Source: a bacterium
Lineage (GTDB): Bacteria > Fidelibacterota > Fidelibacteria > Fidelibacterales > Fidelibacteraceae
Reading direction: 5' to 3'
NCBI GenBank assembly: GCA_963676395.1
Contig: OY781066.1
Location: forward strand, 320,001-384,000
Length of the DNA: 64,000 bases
Below are positions 19,039 through 31,648 of the stretch, piece by piece. Position 1 is the first letter of the stretch; each line of letters begins with the position of its first letter. The notes beneath the pieces were generated by a model, which was given only the letters and a program-made list of their open reading frames with translations, searched no databases and was not told the DNA's origin. The position numbers and the translations under genes were made by a program.

Positions 19039-19385
19039 AGTACTCAGACTTCAAAAACGCCATACTTGCCCACTTCAACTCACTTCAAGATGAAGGCGGT
19101 GAGGAATTTCTTGAACTCATGGTTGATACAATTGATGTATTTGATACAGAGGGCAACAAAATCAATACATTGTTTGGGTGGGAATATAGCCTTTCACGCT
19201 CCAGACATTGGGACAAAGAGCAAGAGAACCATATTATGTTCGACGGCTTCACGGATGAACATCTGACGGATCTTTACGACACACTACTTGACTCGGAAGC
19301 GGAAGTTGAAAAAATTGTTATGAATGTTGATGGAATGAATGACCTGGATGAACCGATCCATAAAGAAATAGTCGTGGAGTTTTAA
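19035..19385 (+). CDS. Acidic hypothetical protein
   Basis: ATGA overlap with the amrS stop and GGAG upstream; no family recognised. Confidence 0.7.
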   Translation: MKYSDFKNAILAHFNSLQDEGGEEFLELMVDTIDVFDTEGNKINTLFGWEYSLSRSRHWDKEQENHIMFDGFTDEHLTDLYDTLLDSEAEVEKIVMNVDGMNDLDEPIHKEIVVEF

Positions 19386-19391
19386 AATTTA

Positions 19392-19796
19392 ATGTCTGAA
19401 TCTTTTCAGTTTGAGCAATACAAGGATTCAAACCCTTTCTCAACGAGTTACAGCTCGATAGAAATACCTATTACTCGACAAAACTTATTCATGATGCAAC
19501 GTCAATTTTCCGTAAAAGATCATGTGGATTTTTTCCCTTTTGATGTTCTTGGGGCAATGAATCCATCAAACAATATCGATAAAAACTACCGTGTTCGTAC
19601 CATTACCTTACACACTGATGCCGGTTTTGATATTGAAACGGATATTGTTGAAAAAACCTTTGTATTCAGAAATAGAAGCATGCAAAAAGGTTCCACTCGA
19701 TATATGAGTGATAAAAATGTTAAACCGGGTGATGTGATCCTTATTGAAAAGATCGATCCCTATGAATATAATATGAAAATCAAGCGAGGTAACTGA
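19392..19796 (+). CDS. Hypothetical protein, possible B3/EcoRII-N-like beta-barrel
   Basis: Operonic spacing; C-terminal VKPGDVILIEK..Y pattern. The fold is an inference. Confidence 0.65.
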   Translation: MSESFQFEQYKDSNPFSTSYSSIEIPITRQNLFMMQRQFSVKDHVDFFPFDVLGAMNPSNNIDKNYRVRTITLHTDAGFDIETDIVEKTFVFRNRSMQKGSTRYMSDKNVKPGDVILIEKIDPYEYNMKIKRGN

Positions 19797-19984
19797 TGAT
19801 CAATAAAATCAACTTTGAACTTGATGATGACGAATTAGCAGCGTTTAAGGAACTGGTCAAAAAATTAAGTAATGTTCGCGGTGAAGCAACTCTAAAAGTT
19901 GACGGTACATTACGCGGTGCATTACAGCAGATCCAAAAAGAGCTACATCATTATGATGATTTTAAAAAGCGTGATCTTTGGTAA
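19796..19984 (+). CDS. Small hypothetical protein (62 aa)
   Basis: TGATG overlap with the previous gene; plausible composition. Confidence 0.6.
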   Translation: MINKINFELDDDELAAFKELVKKLSNVRGEATLKVDGTLRGALQQIQKELHHYDDFKKRDLW

Positions 19985-20108
19985 CCAGAAGCCAGAATAA
20001 GCTAAAGATCTTTTTAAAACTATAAAATAACACATTCTAGCAAAATATGTTATCCTGACTAAAGAAAATTGCTCGGAATAACAAAAATACAATTGGGAAG
20101 AGACTAAA

Positions 20109-21206
20109 ATGATTAAACAGACTCCTTTTAAGGACCGACATGTGCTGCTCGGTGCCAAGATGGTCGAATTTGCAGGCTATTCCATGCCTATTTCATACAA
20201 GGGAATAAACCAAGAACACATGATCATTCGTAAAAAAGTCGGTGTATTCGATGTTTCGCATATGGGGGAATTTCTTGTAGAAGGATGTAATGCAGAAGAA
20301 TTTTTACAATCAATCACTGTAAATAATGTCAAATCACTGATTGATGGTCAAGCACAATACTCTGCCATGTGCTATCCTAGTGGCGGAATCGTTGATGATT
20401 TGATCGTGTATCGTTTTAATGGCAAGAAATACATGATGGTCGTTAATGCTTCCAACATGGATAAAGATTTTGCATGGGCCAAAGAACACCTCCTCGAAGG
20501 AGTTACTCTAACAAACCAAAGTGATAATATGGCATTATTGGCCATACAGGGACCTAAAGTACTTGAAGTACTTCAACAACTGACCGATGTTAAATTATCC
20601 AAAATCGGGTTCTATCATTTTGCCGAAGGTGTTTTGGCAGGCAAGAAAATGATCATTTCGCGAACAGGTTATACCGGTGAACCCGGCTTTGAATTATATC
20701 ACGACCCTAAAGATGCCCTGGAAGTATGGGATGCCATATTTAAGGCTGGGAAAGATTTGGGCATTGAAGCTGTGGGCTTAGGTGCAAGAGACACTTTACG
20801 CTTAGAAATGAAATACGCGCTTTACGGTAATGATATCGATAAAGATACAAATCCAATCGAAGCAGGTCTTGGCTGGATCACCAAGTTAGACAATGATGAT
20901 TTTGTTGGAAAAGATGTACTGCTTAAAGTTAAAACGGAAAAACCCGCTCGTCGATTGATCGCATTTAAAATGATTGATCGTGGTATCCCCCGCCATCATT
21001 ATGAATTATATGTAGGCGATGAAAAAGTCGGGCATGTTACAAGTGGTACCATGTCGCCCTCACTTCATATCGGTATAGGAACCGGCTATGTCAAACGTGA
21101 CTATTCTAAAATCGGAACAATAATTGAAATGGACGTACGCGGCAAACGACTGAAAGCAGAGATCGTACGACCACCCTTTGTTGATTCGAGTCCAATGGAA
21201 TTTTGA
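20109..21206 (+). CDS. gcvT: Glycine cleavage system aminomethyltransferase T
   Basis: FAGYSMP, FDVSHMGE, SRTGYTGE.GFE and GLGARDTLRLE. Confidence 0.96.
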   Translation: MIKQTPFKDRHVLLGAKMVEFAGYSMPISYKGINQEHMIIRKKVGVFDVSHMGEFLVEGCNAEEFLQSITVNNVKSLIDGQAQYSAMCYPSGGIVDDLIVYRFNGKKYMMVVNASNMDKDFAWAKEHLLEGVTLTNQSDNMALLAIQGPKVLEVLQQLTDVKLSKIGFYHFAEGVLAGKKMIISRTGYTGEPGFELYHDPKDALEVWDAIFKAGKDLGIEAVGLGARDTLRLEMKYALYGNDIDKDTNPIEAGLGWITKLDNDDFVGKDVLLKVKTEKPARRLIAFKMIDRGIPRHHYELYVGDEKVGHVTSGTMSPSLHIGIGTGYVKRDYSKIGTIIEMDVRGKRLKAEIVRPPFVDSSPMEF

Positions 21207-21254
21207 TCGTCCGATTTACCCTCGCAAAACAATTAATAATATAATTTACTACAA

Positions 21255-21282
21255 TAGAAGCCACGCAGTCGCGTGGCTCTAC
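21255..21282 (-). repeat. GTAG-type REP-like palindrome
   Basis: Minus strand: GTAG-AGCCACGC-GACT-GCGTGGCT-TCTA. Confidence 0.5.
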
Positions 21283-21391
21283 GTATCATACTCTTATTTT
21301 AAACAAACACCATGTTTTTTTTGCTTGTATAAAAAAGAGGCAAACACAAGTTCACCTCTATTTTTTACTTTCACCTTATTGCTAATGGAAC

Positions 21392-22087
21392 TTATCCCAT
21401 TCTTCCCATCTGAAAAGTGCTCCAAGCTGCTGAAACTATCATTCCAAGCAACATAGTAATAACAACCAACAAGGTAGCTTTCTTGCCTGTATATTTATAC
21501 AGCACTTTAAATGCTACAACCCAAACAATAATGCGCCAGATCTTAAAAAACTCAAATTGCGCAAGGAGATTAAAACCAAAACTTGTTGGATCAGGGTTCT
21601 GAATTAATGAGGCAAAGCCAAGATAAACACCAATAGTTTCTTTTTGAAGAACCAGAAATATCTTAATAATTGATTCGGGGATAGATATCAATAGAACATA
21701 AAGAGCTGTTGCTAACAATGTACCGTATTTTTGTTCACCACCACCAATAAAATTACCGACGATCATCATAAACAGTGCACCCAAAAGAGCGGTTACAATC
21801 GCTCCAAGCGCAGCTGTGATTGTACTGATTATTTTAGCTACAGGTGAACCACTCTGTTGTATGATCATCTCTTTCTGTTCCTGAGAATATTGTTCCATTT
21901 TCATAATAGCATCTTTTTGTACATCTGCCATAATATCACCTGTGATCATCATAAAAGCAATAACCGTTGCGATCAACAGTAATATTGGAATAACAAAATC
22001 AGTCCATTTTGTCCCCTCATCTCTAATAGAAGTAAAACATTTCTCCGGCGAAACAAATACATTACCAATTCTTCCCAATACACTCAT
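21392..22087 (-). CDS. Yip1-family membrane protein
   Basis: N-terminal VFVSP...F..I motif; five hydrophobic segments; F.IW.I motif. Confidence 0.8.
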   Translation of the reverse strand: MSVLGRIGNVFVSPEKCFTSIRDEGTKWTDFVIPILLLIATVIAFMMITGDIMADVQKDAIMKMEQYSQEQKEMIIQQSGSPVAKIISTITAALGAIVTALLGALFMMIVGNFIGGGEQKYGTLLATALYVLLISIPESIIKIFLVLQKETIGVYLGFASLIQNPDPTSFGFNLLAQFEFFKIWRIIVWVVAFKVLYKYTGKKATLLVVITMLLGMIVSAAWSTFQMGRMG

Positions 22088-22284
22088 ACCTATCTCCTTT
22101 ATGGTTTCCTGTTTATTTCATAGTTTAAGAATATATTGGTTTAAGATTAAAATGAGAAATGAAAAATTACAAATCGTGAGTAGAATAAGACCTAACAAAA
22201 AAAATGTAAAAAATCATTTGAGAAGTATAATAATATTATTTATTTTTAAGCCGTTGTCAGATGTATACTTAAAGGAGATTCATA

Positions 22285-22458
22285 ATGGCAGTAGTAGTAA
22301 ATGTAGGCGTATGTGACGGCATCGGTGAATGCGTAGAAGTATGTCCAGTAGAAGCTTTGGAATTGAAAGACGGTAAAGCCGTTGTCGATGAAGATCTTTG
22401 CATTGATTGCTTGGCTTGCGTAGCAGCTTGTCCTGTTGAAGCAATTTCTGAAGGTTAA
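22285..22458 (+). CDS. Dicluster ferredoxin, 57 aa (absent from the ORF track)
   Basis: Hand translation: MAVVVNVGVCDGIGECVEVCPVEALELKDGKAVVDEDLCIDCLACVAACPVEAISEG; AAGGAG RBS. Confidence 0.93.
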   Translation: MAVVVNVGVCDGIGECVEVCPVEALELKDGKAVVDEDLCIDCLACVAACPVEAISEG

Positions 22459-22480
22459 TCGCAAAGCGATAAAGAAAACT

Positions 22481-22505
22481 AAGGGCAGGTTATTCTGCCC
22501 TTTTT
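22481..22505 (+). terminator. Intrinsic terminator after the ferredoxin
   Basis: AAGGGCAG-GTTATT-CTGCCCTT followed by TTT. Confidence 0.8.
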
Positions 22506-22522
22506 ATATTTAGGAGAAAAGA

Positions 22523-23338
22523 ATGTCAAAAGAACAAGAAAATCAAAATCCTTTTGATCTACAAAAAAAAGCAAGATATGCTAAGCATGTTATCGCCATT
22601 GCTTCAGGCAAAGGTGGTGTTGGTAAATCGACCGTAGCAGCTAACTTGGCATTATCCCTTAAAGCACAGGGTTATTCGGTTGGTTTATTGGATATGGATC
22701 TCTATGGCCCCTCCGTACCCATGATGTTTGGTCAACATAAACCTACTGAATCCGTTTCTGAACAAGGCATATTACCTGCAGAGAAGTATGGTATCCAAAT
22801 AATGTCTCTCGGTTTTTTCTTAGATTCAACCCAGGCCATTATCTGGCGTGGTCCCTTGGTAATGAAAGCCGTTGATCAGCTATTAAATGATGTCTGGTGG
22901 AAAAAAATGGATTACCTGATCATTGATCTTCCTCCCGGTACCGGCGATATCCAGTTAAGTTTGGTTCAAAAGATAGAACTCAGTGGTGCAGTTATTGTTA
23001 CCACACCTCAAGATCTTGCTTTAGCCGATGTCAAACGCGGTATCAGCATGTTTGAGAAAGTCAATGTCCCTATCTTGGGCATAGTCGAAAACATGAGTTA
23101 CTTCCTCTGTCCCGAATGTGGACATAAATCACATATCTTTGGCCAAAATGGCGGACTTAAAGAAAGCGAGCGCTCAAAAGTGGAATTTTTAGGTGAAATT
23201 CCTTTAAATGAAGAGATCATGAGTGCTGCAGATACCGGTTGCCCTATTGTAGAAAGTAAACCCGGCTCAGCCGAAAGCAAATGCTACATGGATGTTGCCG
23301 AGAAAGTAGTGGCAAAACTTCCTTTGGAAGAAAAGTAA
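22523..23338 (+). CDS. apbC: Mrp/ApbC/NBP35 Fe-S cluster carrier ATPase
   Basis: SGKGGVGKST, WRGP, DLPPGTGD and ENMSYFLCPECG. Confidence 0.92.
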   Translation: MSKEQENQNPFDLQKKARYAKHVIAIASGKGGVGKSTVAANLALSLKAQGYSVGLLDMDLYGPSVPMMFGQHKPTESVSEQGILPAEKYGIQIMSLGFFLDSTQAIIWRGPLVMKAVDQLLNDVWWKKMDYLIIDLPPGTGDIQLSLVQKIELSGAVIVTTPQDLALADVKRGISMFEKVNVPILGIVENMSYFLCPECGHKSHIFGQNGGLKESERSKVEFLGEIPLNEEIMSAADTGCPIVESKPGSAESKCYMDVAEKVVAKLPLEEK

Positions 23339-23624
23339 ATCCTAGAGCACCCCTAATTTTATGGGGTCAGCTCTATTTTGTTGTAATAAAAATGATAGCC
23401 TTAGGGTAAAACCTAAGGCTATTGAAAATATTTGCTAAAATAATTAAACTAAAATTGAATTGAAATGGGCAAATTAAAATCATAAAAAATAAAACTAGTG
23501 TTAGCTCCACCGGTGAAAACAGCAAATAAGGAAGGATCAATACCAATCTTCCAAATATTTACATATCAATATTTTGCCGGCAGAACTTTACGCCCCTTTA
23601 TAAAACCACACTTTGATCGCCATC

Positions 23625-23677
23625 AAAAAAAAGAGCCTTGAATCCCCTCCTTTGCCAAAGCTCCGGTAGATCAAGGC
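23625..23677 (-). terminator. Probable terminator downstream of ligA (large loop)
   Basis: GCCTTGA/TCAAGGC stem with an A8 run on the plus strand (U tract on minus). Confidence 0.5.
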
Positions 23678-23734
23678 CTATGAATAATTTACTTTATGCT
23701 CTTCGTCGACGGAATGCTTCGACGGTTCAATCTT

Positions 23735-26133
<2,399 letters not shown>

Positions 26134-26150
<17 letters not shown>

Positions 26151-27606
26151 AATTTGCTAATGCCACCACGACCTTTTCATGGATCTTGGTGATATCTTTG
26201 GTTTTGCAGTGATAGTTATTTGCAATCAGCGAAAATGCGATCATGCGACCGTTTATATCTTGCACATAGCCGGTATGTGAACGAACTTTTCCAATATAAC
26301 CGGTTTTTACACGGGCATTTTTAGCGGCGGCTGTTCCGTCACCAAAATATAAGACATAGCCAAAATCTTTATCATCACCTGCTCTGGCAAAGGTCTTATA
26401 AAAATCTTTAAACGAATCACGTTGTGTCATAGCTGAAAGGTAGTCAGAAAATATCTTCGTGGTGATCATGTTTTCCTGAGATAGACCGCTGGCATCCGAA
26501 AGTCTTAAACCGGAATGCTCAACATGAAGTTTATCCAAAAATTTATTAAGGTATTTCAATCCGGCTCGCGTGGTACCTTTACCCATTTCTTTGTGAGCAA
26601 CGCTCAAAAGGAGCATTTCAGTATATGTATTATTCGACAATTTATTTGTAATTTCAGCAATGAGTTTTAGAGGAGGCGATTTAACTGTTTTCAACAGTTT
26701 ATGGCTGTCATATTTTTTCTTTTCGTTTAGCACCATAACACCCTGACTTACCTGAATATCTTTTTTTTCTAAAGAAGTCTCAAGTGCCTGCGCGATCGCA
26801 AGTGCCGGATTGGGTATCGCTCCTTTTATTGTAAAGCGTTCTTCGCCGGCAGGAACCGTTCCATAGAAAATCGCTTCATAAACATTGGGTGCGCATAAAA
26901 TATAGCCATTATCACCGGAATGCAAGGGACCGGTTTTCATAAGATTTGTGTAGCTTAATCCCGGGATCTCGGGACGCATGCCAATCACCTCGGCAACATC
27001 ACCTTCTTTCTCACCGGGTTTAAAATCAAGATAATATTTGTTATCCGAAAAGCACAAGGCACCAAAACCGGCACCATAGTAATTACCAAGATCTTCCCAA
27101 GTCCATGTTCCGGGTGCATGAAATGGAGCATATTTTGATTCGTCTCCGATAATAGAACCTTTAATCGAAGTGATACCCGCACCCTCAATGGCTTTAACCC
27201 ATGTAGACATCAATTTACGTTGCGACACGACACCTCCGACCTGATCACCACCCAGCGTAGGATCTCCATCGCCGACAATGTAGATATTTCCATCAAGCAC
27301 ACCGTTTTCATCGATGTTGCCATCGTAATATAATTTTGTTTTATATGTATGATTGGCACCCAATCTATCCAAAGCAATACCAATGGTTAAAACTTTTAAG
27401 GATGATGCGCAAGCCAAGGACATTTCAGCATTATGAGAAATGATCGCTTCTTCTTGTGGAGATTGATCAACATAACGTGCATATACAGACCATTGAGCAT
27501 GTTTTAACTCTTCCATATTAGCCAATTCTTCAACCAATTCTGCTGGAGATTGAGCGAAAAGAACAATGGCTGTCAGTGTCAATAATAAGATTCGTTTAAA
27601 TTTCAT
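26134..27606 (-). CDS. dacB: D-Ala-D-Ala carboxypeptidase/endopeptidase (PBP4)
   Basis: Signal peptide; SxxK (ASSLK), GDGDPTL, SxN (SNN), DASGLS and KTG. Confidence 0.92.
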
Positions 27607-27625
27607 GGTATCCTTTCAATCATTT

Positions 27626-28678
27626 TTATCTAAAAATAGAAGGAATGGGAATATCACCCCACAATTCTTCACACATTTCACTTAAGGTTTGAGTATTAAA
27701 TATACCCTTTTCTATCCAATCCACTAATCGTGGTGAAATTCGCGGGTAATTCATAGCTGTTATCGCAGGTAACTCTAACCACTCTTTGACCTCAGTTTCA
27801 TCCAGATTTTTCATCTCTTTACCAAATTTCAATACTTCAATGGCCATGGCATTGGCAATCTGTTCCGCCTGCCCTGCAATGGGTTTGGCAAGCGTTTTTA
27901 CCCCCACATCAAAAGCCTCGGTATTAGCCATATATCCGCCATGCAAAATAGCCCCTTGTGATGAATATACCGTATTTAGAAAATCTTGTCGACTACGAGG
28001 ATGATAAATAATATTATCTTCCTGTTTTAATTCTTTTACACTGGTAAACAGATGATAATCATAATCTTTAGGACAGCGTTTTAACATTGTTTTCACCGAC
28101 TGGGGATCCTCGTAAGGTAAATATACCGTTACCTGCTTTTGCCCCGGTTTCCCTTCGGGTTTCAATTCGGATTCCGGTAAAATGGGGGGTAAAATGGGAA
28201 ACCCGAAATGATGCCAATGTGTTGAAACTGTAAAATCACCCGGCACAAAATGTTCAATGATTGTCCTAATAAATACATGCAAAGGTGGGTATGGAATATC
28301 ATATAAAAATGCCGATGGATGCGACATAACCACAGAGGGAATCTTGTTTTTCTTAGCTATTTGAACGGATACCGGCTCAAAATCACTGATAACAAGGTCG
28401 ATCTTCTTAGCATCGTAGTAGATAATATCACGAAGATACGAGATAGCATCTAAACGAGGCGCTGTTTTAATATAATTGATTCGTCCTTTTTCGGTGACAT
28501 AGGTCAGTCCCTTGAATATTTTATATGGTTCAAAGGATTCCACATTACTTAAACGTTGCTGTGCACCCGAAAAAATCACTTCCACATTATGACCGCGACG
28601 TTTTAATTCCTTAATAATATCACGTGATGGACCAATATGTCCATTTCCTGTCGTTTGTACGCCATATAATATATTCAT
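27626..28678 (-). CDS. GT-B glycosyltransferase, MJ1255/VC2487 family
   Basis: ILYGVQTTGNGH, ISDFEP, VYLP and GQAEQ. Confidence 0.85.
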   Translation of the reverse strand: MNILYGVQTTGNGHIGPSRDIIKELKRRGHNVEVIFSGAQQRLSNVESFEPYKIFKGLTYVTEKGRINYIKTAPRLDAISYLRDIIYYDAKKIDLVISDFEPVSVQIAKKNKIPSVVMSHPSAFLYDIPYPPLHVFIRTIIEHFVPGDFTVSTHWHHFGFPILPPILPESELKPEGKPGQKQVTVYLPYEDPQSVKTMLKRCPKDYDYHLFTSVKELKQEDNIIYHPRSRQDFLNTVYSSQGAILHGGYMANTEAFDVGVKTLAKPIAGQAEQIANAMAIEVLKFGKEMKNLDETEVKEWLELPAITAMNYPRISPRLVDWIEKGIFNTQTLSEMCEELWGDIPIPSIFR

Positions 28679-28725
28679 GCTTGTCCTTGATCGTAAAATC
28701 CTATTTCAGGAAAATATAAGAATTC

Positions 28726-28763
28726 AATTGATAATTGACAAAGGACAATTGACAATTCGTAAT
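28726..28763. repeat. Degenerate 7-bp tandem repeat (AATTGAC)
   Basis: AATTGAT AATTGAC AAAGGAC AATTGAC AATTCGT AAT. Confidence 0.7.
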
Positions 28764-28901
28764 CGGGTGTCATCGCGATTTATAATTCCTCATCATTCCC
28801 AATGCTCCATACTCATGTGCCGACTTCCTTCCCGCTTCTGACTCCTGAAAAGACTTTTCATTTCTTGCGATAAAACTATATATTCCCCTCTTGGAGGAAA
28901 T

Positions 28902-29603
28902 ATGAACTCACACATCAAATACATCGCTTTCGATGCCGACGACACACTTTGGGATAATGAACCCTTCTATCGCGATCTGGAACATCTTTTTAATGACCTT
29001 ATGTTAAACTATATGAGTGCCGAAGAAAGCTCAGCGGAATTATTTAAGACCGAGGTTGCCAACCTTCCTCTTTACGGTTTTGGCGCTAAAGCTTACACCT
29101 TATCTATCCTGGAAACGGCATTAAGATTAAGCAAGGATAAAATCTCAAGTACAGATCTGAAAAAATTACTCGAAAAAGGGAAAAAACTCACAGATTCACC
29201 CTTGATCTTATTGGATCACGTTGAAAACACATTAAAAGAACTTACGCAAAATTACACACTGATATTGGCAACAAAGGGTGACCTTTTGGATCAAGAAAGA
29301 AAGTTGCGTAAATCCGGCCTTGAAAAATATTTTCACCATATTGAAGTGATGAGTGATAAACAAATCACCGATTACGAAAACTTATTCAAACGACTGAATA
29401 TTAAAGCATCAGAATTCCTAATGGTGGGAAACTCCATGCGCTCGGATATTATCCCTGTCGTTGAACTGGGTGCTTATGCCATTCACATCCCCTATCACAC
29501 CACGTGGGCTCACGAGGATATTGAACCCATAGAATTACCTCATGAACGATTTATAGAAATTGATTCGATCAATAAGATCATAAACGAATGTTCCTGGCTA
29601 TAA
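28902..29603 (+). CDS. HAD-superfamily hydrolase
   Basis: FDADDTLW, TKGD..DQERK and MVGNS..SDI. Confidence 0.92.
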   Translation: MNSHIKYIAFDADDTLWDNEPFYRDLEHLFNDLMLNYMSAEESSAELFKTEVANLPLYGFGAKAYTLSILETALRLSKDKISSTDLKKLLEKGKKLTDSPLILLDHVENTLKELTQNYTLILATKGDLLDQERKLRKSGLEKYFHHIEVMSDKQITDYENLFKRLNIKASEFLMVGNSMRSDIIPVVELGAYAIHIPYHTTWAHEDIEPIELPHERFIEIDSINKIINECSWL

Positions 29604-29606
29604 TGT

Positions 29607-29631
29607 AAAAAACCGCAGCAATGCTGCGGTT
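29607..29631 (-). terminator. Terminator between the convergent HAD and glgC genes
   Basis: AACCGCAGC-AAT-GCTGCGGTT with an A run on the left. Confidence 0.75.
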
Positions 29632-29663
29632 CTGCAATATCATTTATCATTTATTATTTAAAA

Positions 29664-30899
29664 TTATATAACGGTTCCATCCGGAATTGTTACATCCTTC
29701 TTGATAACAATAATACCTTCACGAATGTAATAATCTTCACCTACGAAATCCTGAATATTATCTTTATTTATGATCTGAACATTGTTACCCATACGTACAT
29801 TCTTGTCAACAATAGCATTCTTGATAACGCAATTTCTTCCGATCCCAAGCGGGATCTTTCCTTTTGAATCGGTTTCAAAGAAATCGTTACCCATAAGGTA
29901 TGAATCGCATATCTCACATCCTTCACGTACAACCGAACGAATTCCTAAAACAGAATTTTTAATCTTATCGGCATGTACAAGCGCACCATCATTGATCAAT
30001 GATCGTTTAATTTTCGCTTCAGAGATCCTTGATCCCGGAAGCATTCTAGCGTGAGTATAGATAGGAAAATTCACATCAACAAAGCGGAAATCTGGTTTCA
30101 TCGCCGTTAAATTGATATTAGCGTCATAAAATGATTTAATGGTACCAATATCTTCCCAATAACCATCAAAGAAATAAGCATGAACATTATAATCTTCGAT
30201 CGCACCGGGAATAATATCACCACCAAAATCATCCTTAGGAATTTCGGTTAGTGTTTTACGCAAGGTGTCACGATTAAAAACATAAATACCCATGGAACCC
30301 CAATAAGGTCTTTCGGGATCGCCGGTGGGACTTGTCATGGCCTTAAGTTTTTCATCGGTTTCCGGTTTTTCAGCAAAATCTATAATGCGACCTTCATCGT
30401 TCACTTTTAAGATACCAAAACCTTTTGCTTCTTCCTTGGTTACCGGTTTTACCGAAATGGTAATATCGGCCTCTTTCTTGCGATGATGTTGAACAAAATC
30501 CGCATAATTCATTCTATATAGATGATCGCCGGCAAGAATAAGATATTGATCAAATGAATAGGTATCAAAGTGACCTAAATTATGTCGAACCGCATCGGCA
30601 GTCCCCTGATACCAATCGGCATTCTCTATCGTCTGTGCTGCTGCCAGCACTTCCAGAAAGCCTTCCGTAAAATTATCGAATTTATAGGTCTGATTGATAT
30701 GACGGTGCAAAGATTCGGAATTGAATTGAGTCAATATATATATTTTACGGATATTTGAGTTCAAACAATTTGAAATAGGGATATCGATCAAGCGATATTT
30801 ACCACCAATAGGAACTGCAGGTTTAGAGCGGACGGTCGTTAATGGAGCCAGACGTGTTCCTCGCCCACCACCAAGGATCACGGATAAAACTTTGCGCAT
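29664..30899 (-). CDS. glgC: Glucose-1-phosphate adenylyltransferase
   Basis: GGGRGTRL.PLT..RSKPAVP, WYQGTADAV, GDHLY, FAEKP, DFG and YWEDIGT. Confidence 0.96.
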   Translation of the reverse strand: MRKVLSVILGGGRGTRLAPLTTVRSKPAVPIGGKYRLIDIPISNCLNSNIRKIYILTQFNSESLHRHINQTYKFDNFTEGFLEVLAAAQTIENADWYQGTADAVRHNLGHFDTYSFDQYLILAGDHLYRMNYADFVQHHRKKEADITISVKPVTKEEAKGFGILKVNDEGRIIDFAEKPETDEKLKAMTSPTGDPERPYWGSMGIYVFNRDTLRKTLTEIPKDDFGGDIIPGAIEDYNVHAYFFDGYWEDIGTIKSFYDANINLTAMKPDFRFVDVNFPIYTHARMLPGSRISEAKIKRSLINDGALVHADKIKNSVLGIRSVVREGCEICDSYLMGNDFFETDSKGKIPLGIGRNCVIKNAIVDKNVRMGNNVQIINKDNIQDFVGEDYYIREGIIVIKKDVTIPDGTVI

Positions 30900-30925
30900 A
30901 ATGCACCCCGTATTTTTTAGTAAAT

Positions 30926-31648
30926 TTATTTCAACGAATCAATGACAGCATTCAAAGAATCCAACAATGTTTCATCCATATACAAGGAATCTTCCTTAGC
31001 CTCTTCCTGAGCAATAACATTGATGCGATAATTTGTAAACGTAAGATCAATATATCCAAAAGATGAATTCATCGGTATGTTTCCGCGAGGATTGGGAACA
31101 ACCTTTTTCTTTGTTTCTTTCGTTTCGATCATAACTCTGATCTCTGAAGGAAGAAATAATCCCGGCTGAATTTCTTCTTGCGTAAAATTAATATCTGCTA
31201 CCATTTCCGGCTTATCAATCATTTTCATCTGCTCAAGGATCCAATTGACTGTATCTATCTGAGCAAGAAAAACCACATCTTTACCTTCCATCGGTTTGAT
31301 CACTTCAACAAAAGCAAGGTTATCTTTATTTTCTTCTAAAGTAATTGTACGCATAGATTTCGAATCCTTAACTAAGCGCTCAAGATCCATTAAAAATATC
31401 TCAGCAGGGATCATTAAAGGAATCTCATCTTCGGTATAAAGTGAATCAGGTCGTTGAAAATGTACAGTAGTTTCACGGTCAGGTAATGTTATTTCGGGCA
31501 TGCGAGTACGGATACGAAGATCAACAACCATATCATTTACCTGCTGAAAATTCATATTTGCGCGTCGAATATAATAATTTGGATCAACTGCAAACAACAA
31601 CAGAACCAAGCATAAACTTAAAACTAAAATTTTCTTTAACATGTACAT
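30926..31648 (-). CDS. Exported hypothetical protein, possibly LolA-like fold
   Basis: Signal peptide; beta-rich; F.RPD and 'LTFTNYRIN' patterns. Confidence 0.55.
   Translation of the reverse strand: MYMLKKILVLSLCLVLLLFAVDPNYYIRRANMNFQQVNDMVVDLRIRTRMPEITLPDRETTVHFQRPDSLYTEDEIPLMIPAEIFLMDLERLVKDSKSMRTITLEENKDNLAFVEVIKPMEGKDVVFLAQIDTVNWILEQMKMIDKPEMVADINFTQEEIQPGLFLPSEIRVMIETKETKKKVVPNPRGNIPMNSSFGYIDLTFTNYRINVIAQEEAKEDSLYMDETLLDSLNAVIDSLK

Noticed and set aside
19985..20108. Glycine riboswitch upstream of gcvT (also checked upstream of the AGCS symporter)
   Set aside because: No GGAGA...CCGAAG...CTCAGG core was seen.
22246..22464. Minus-strand 72-aa ORF
   Set aside because: It is the antisense shadow of the plus-strand ferredoxin.
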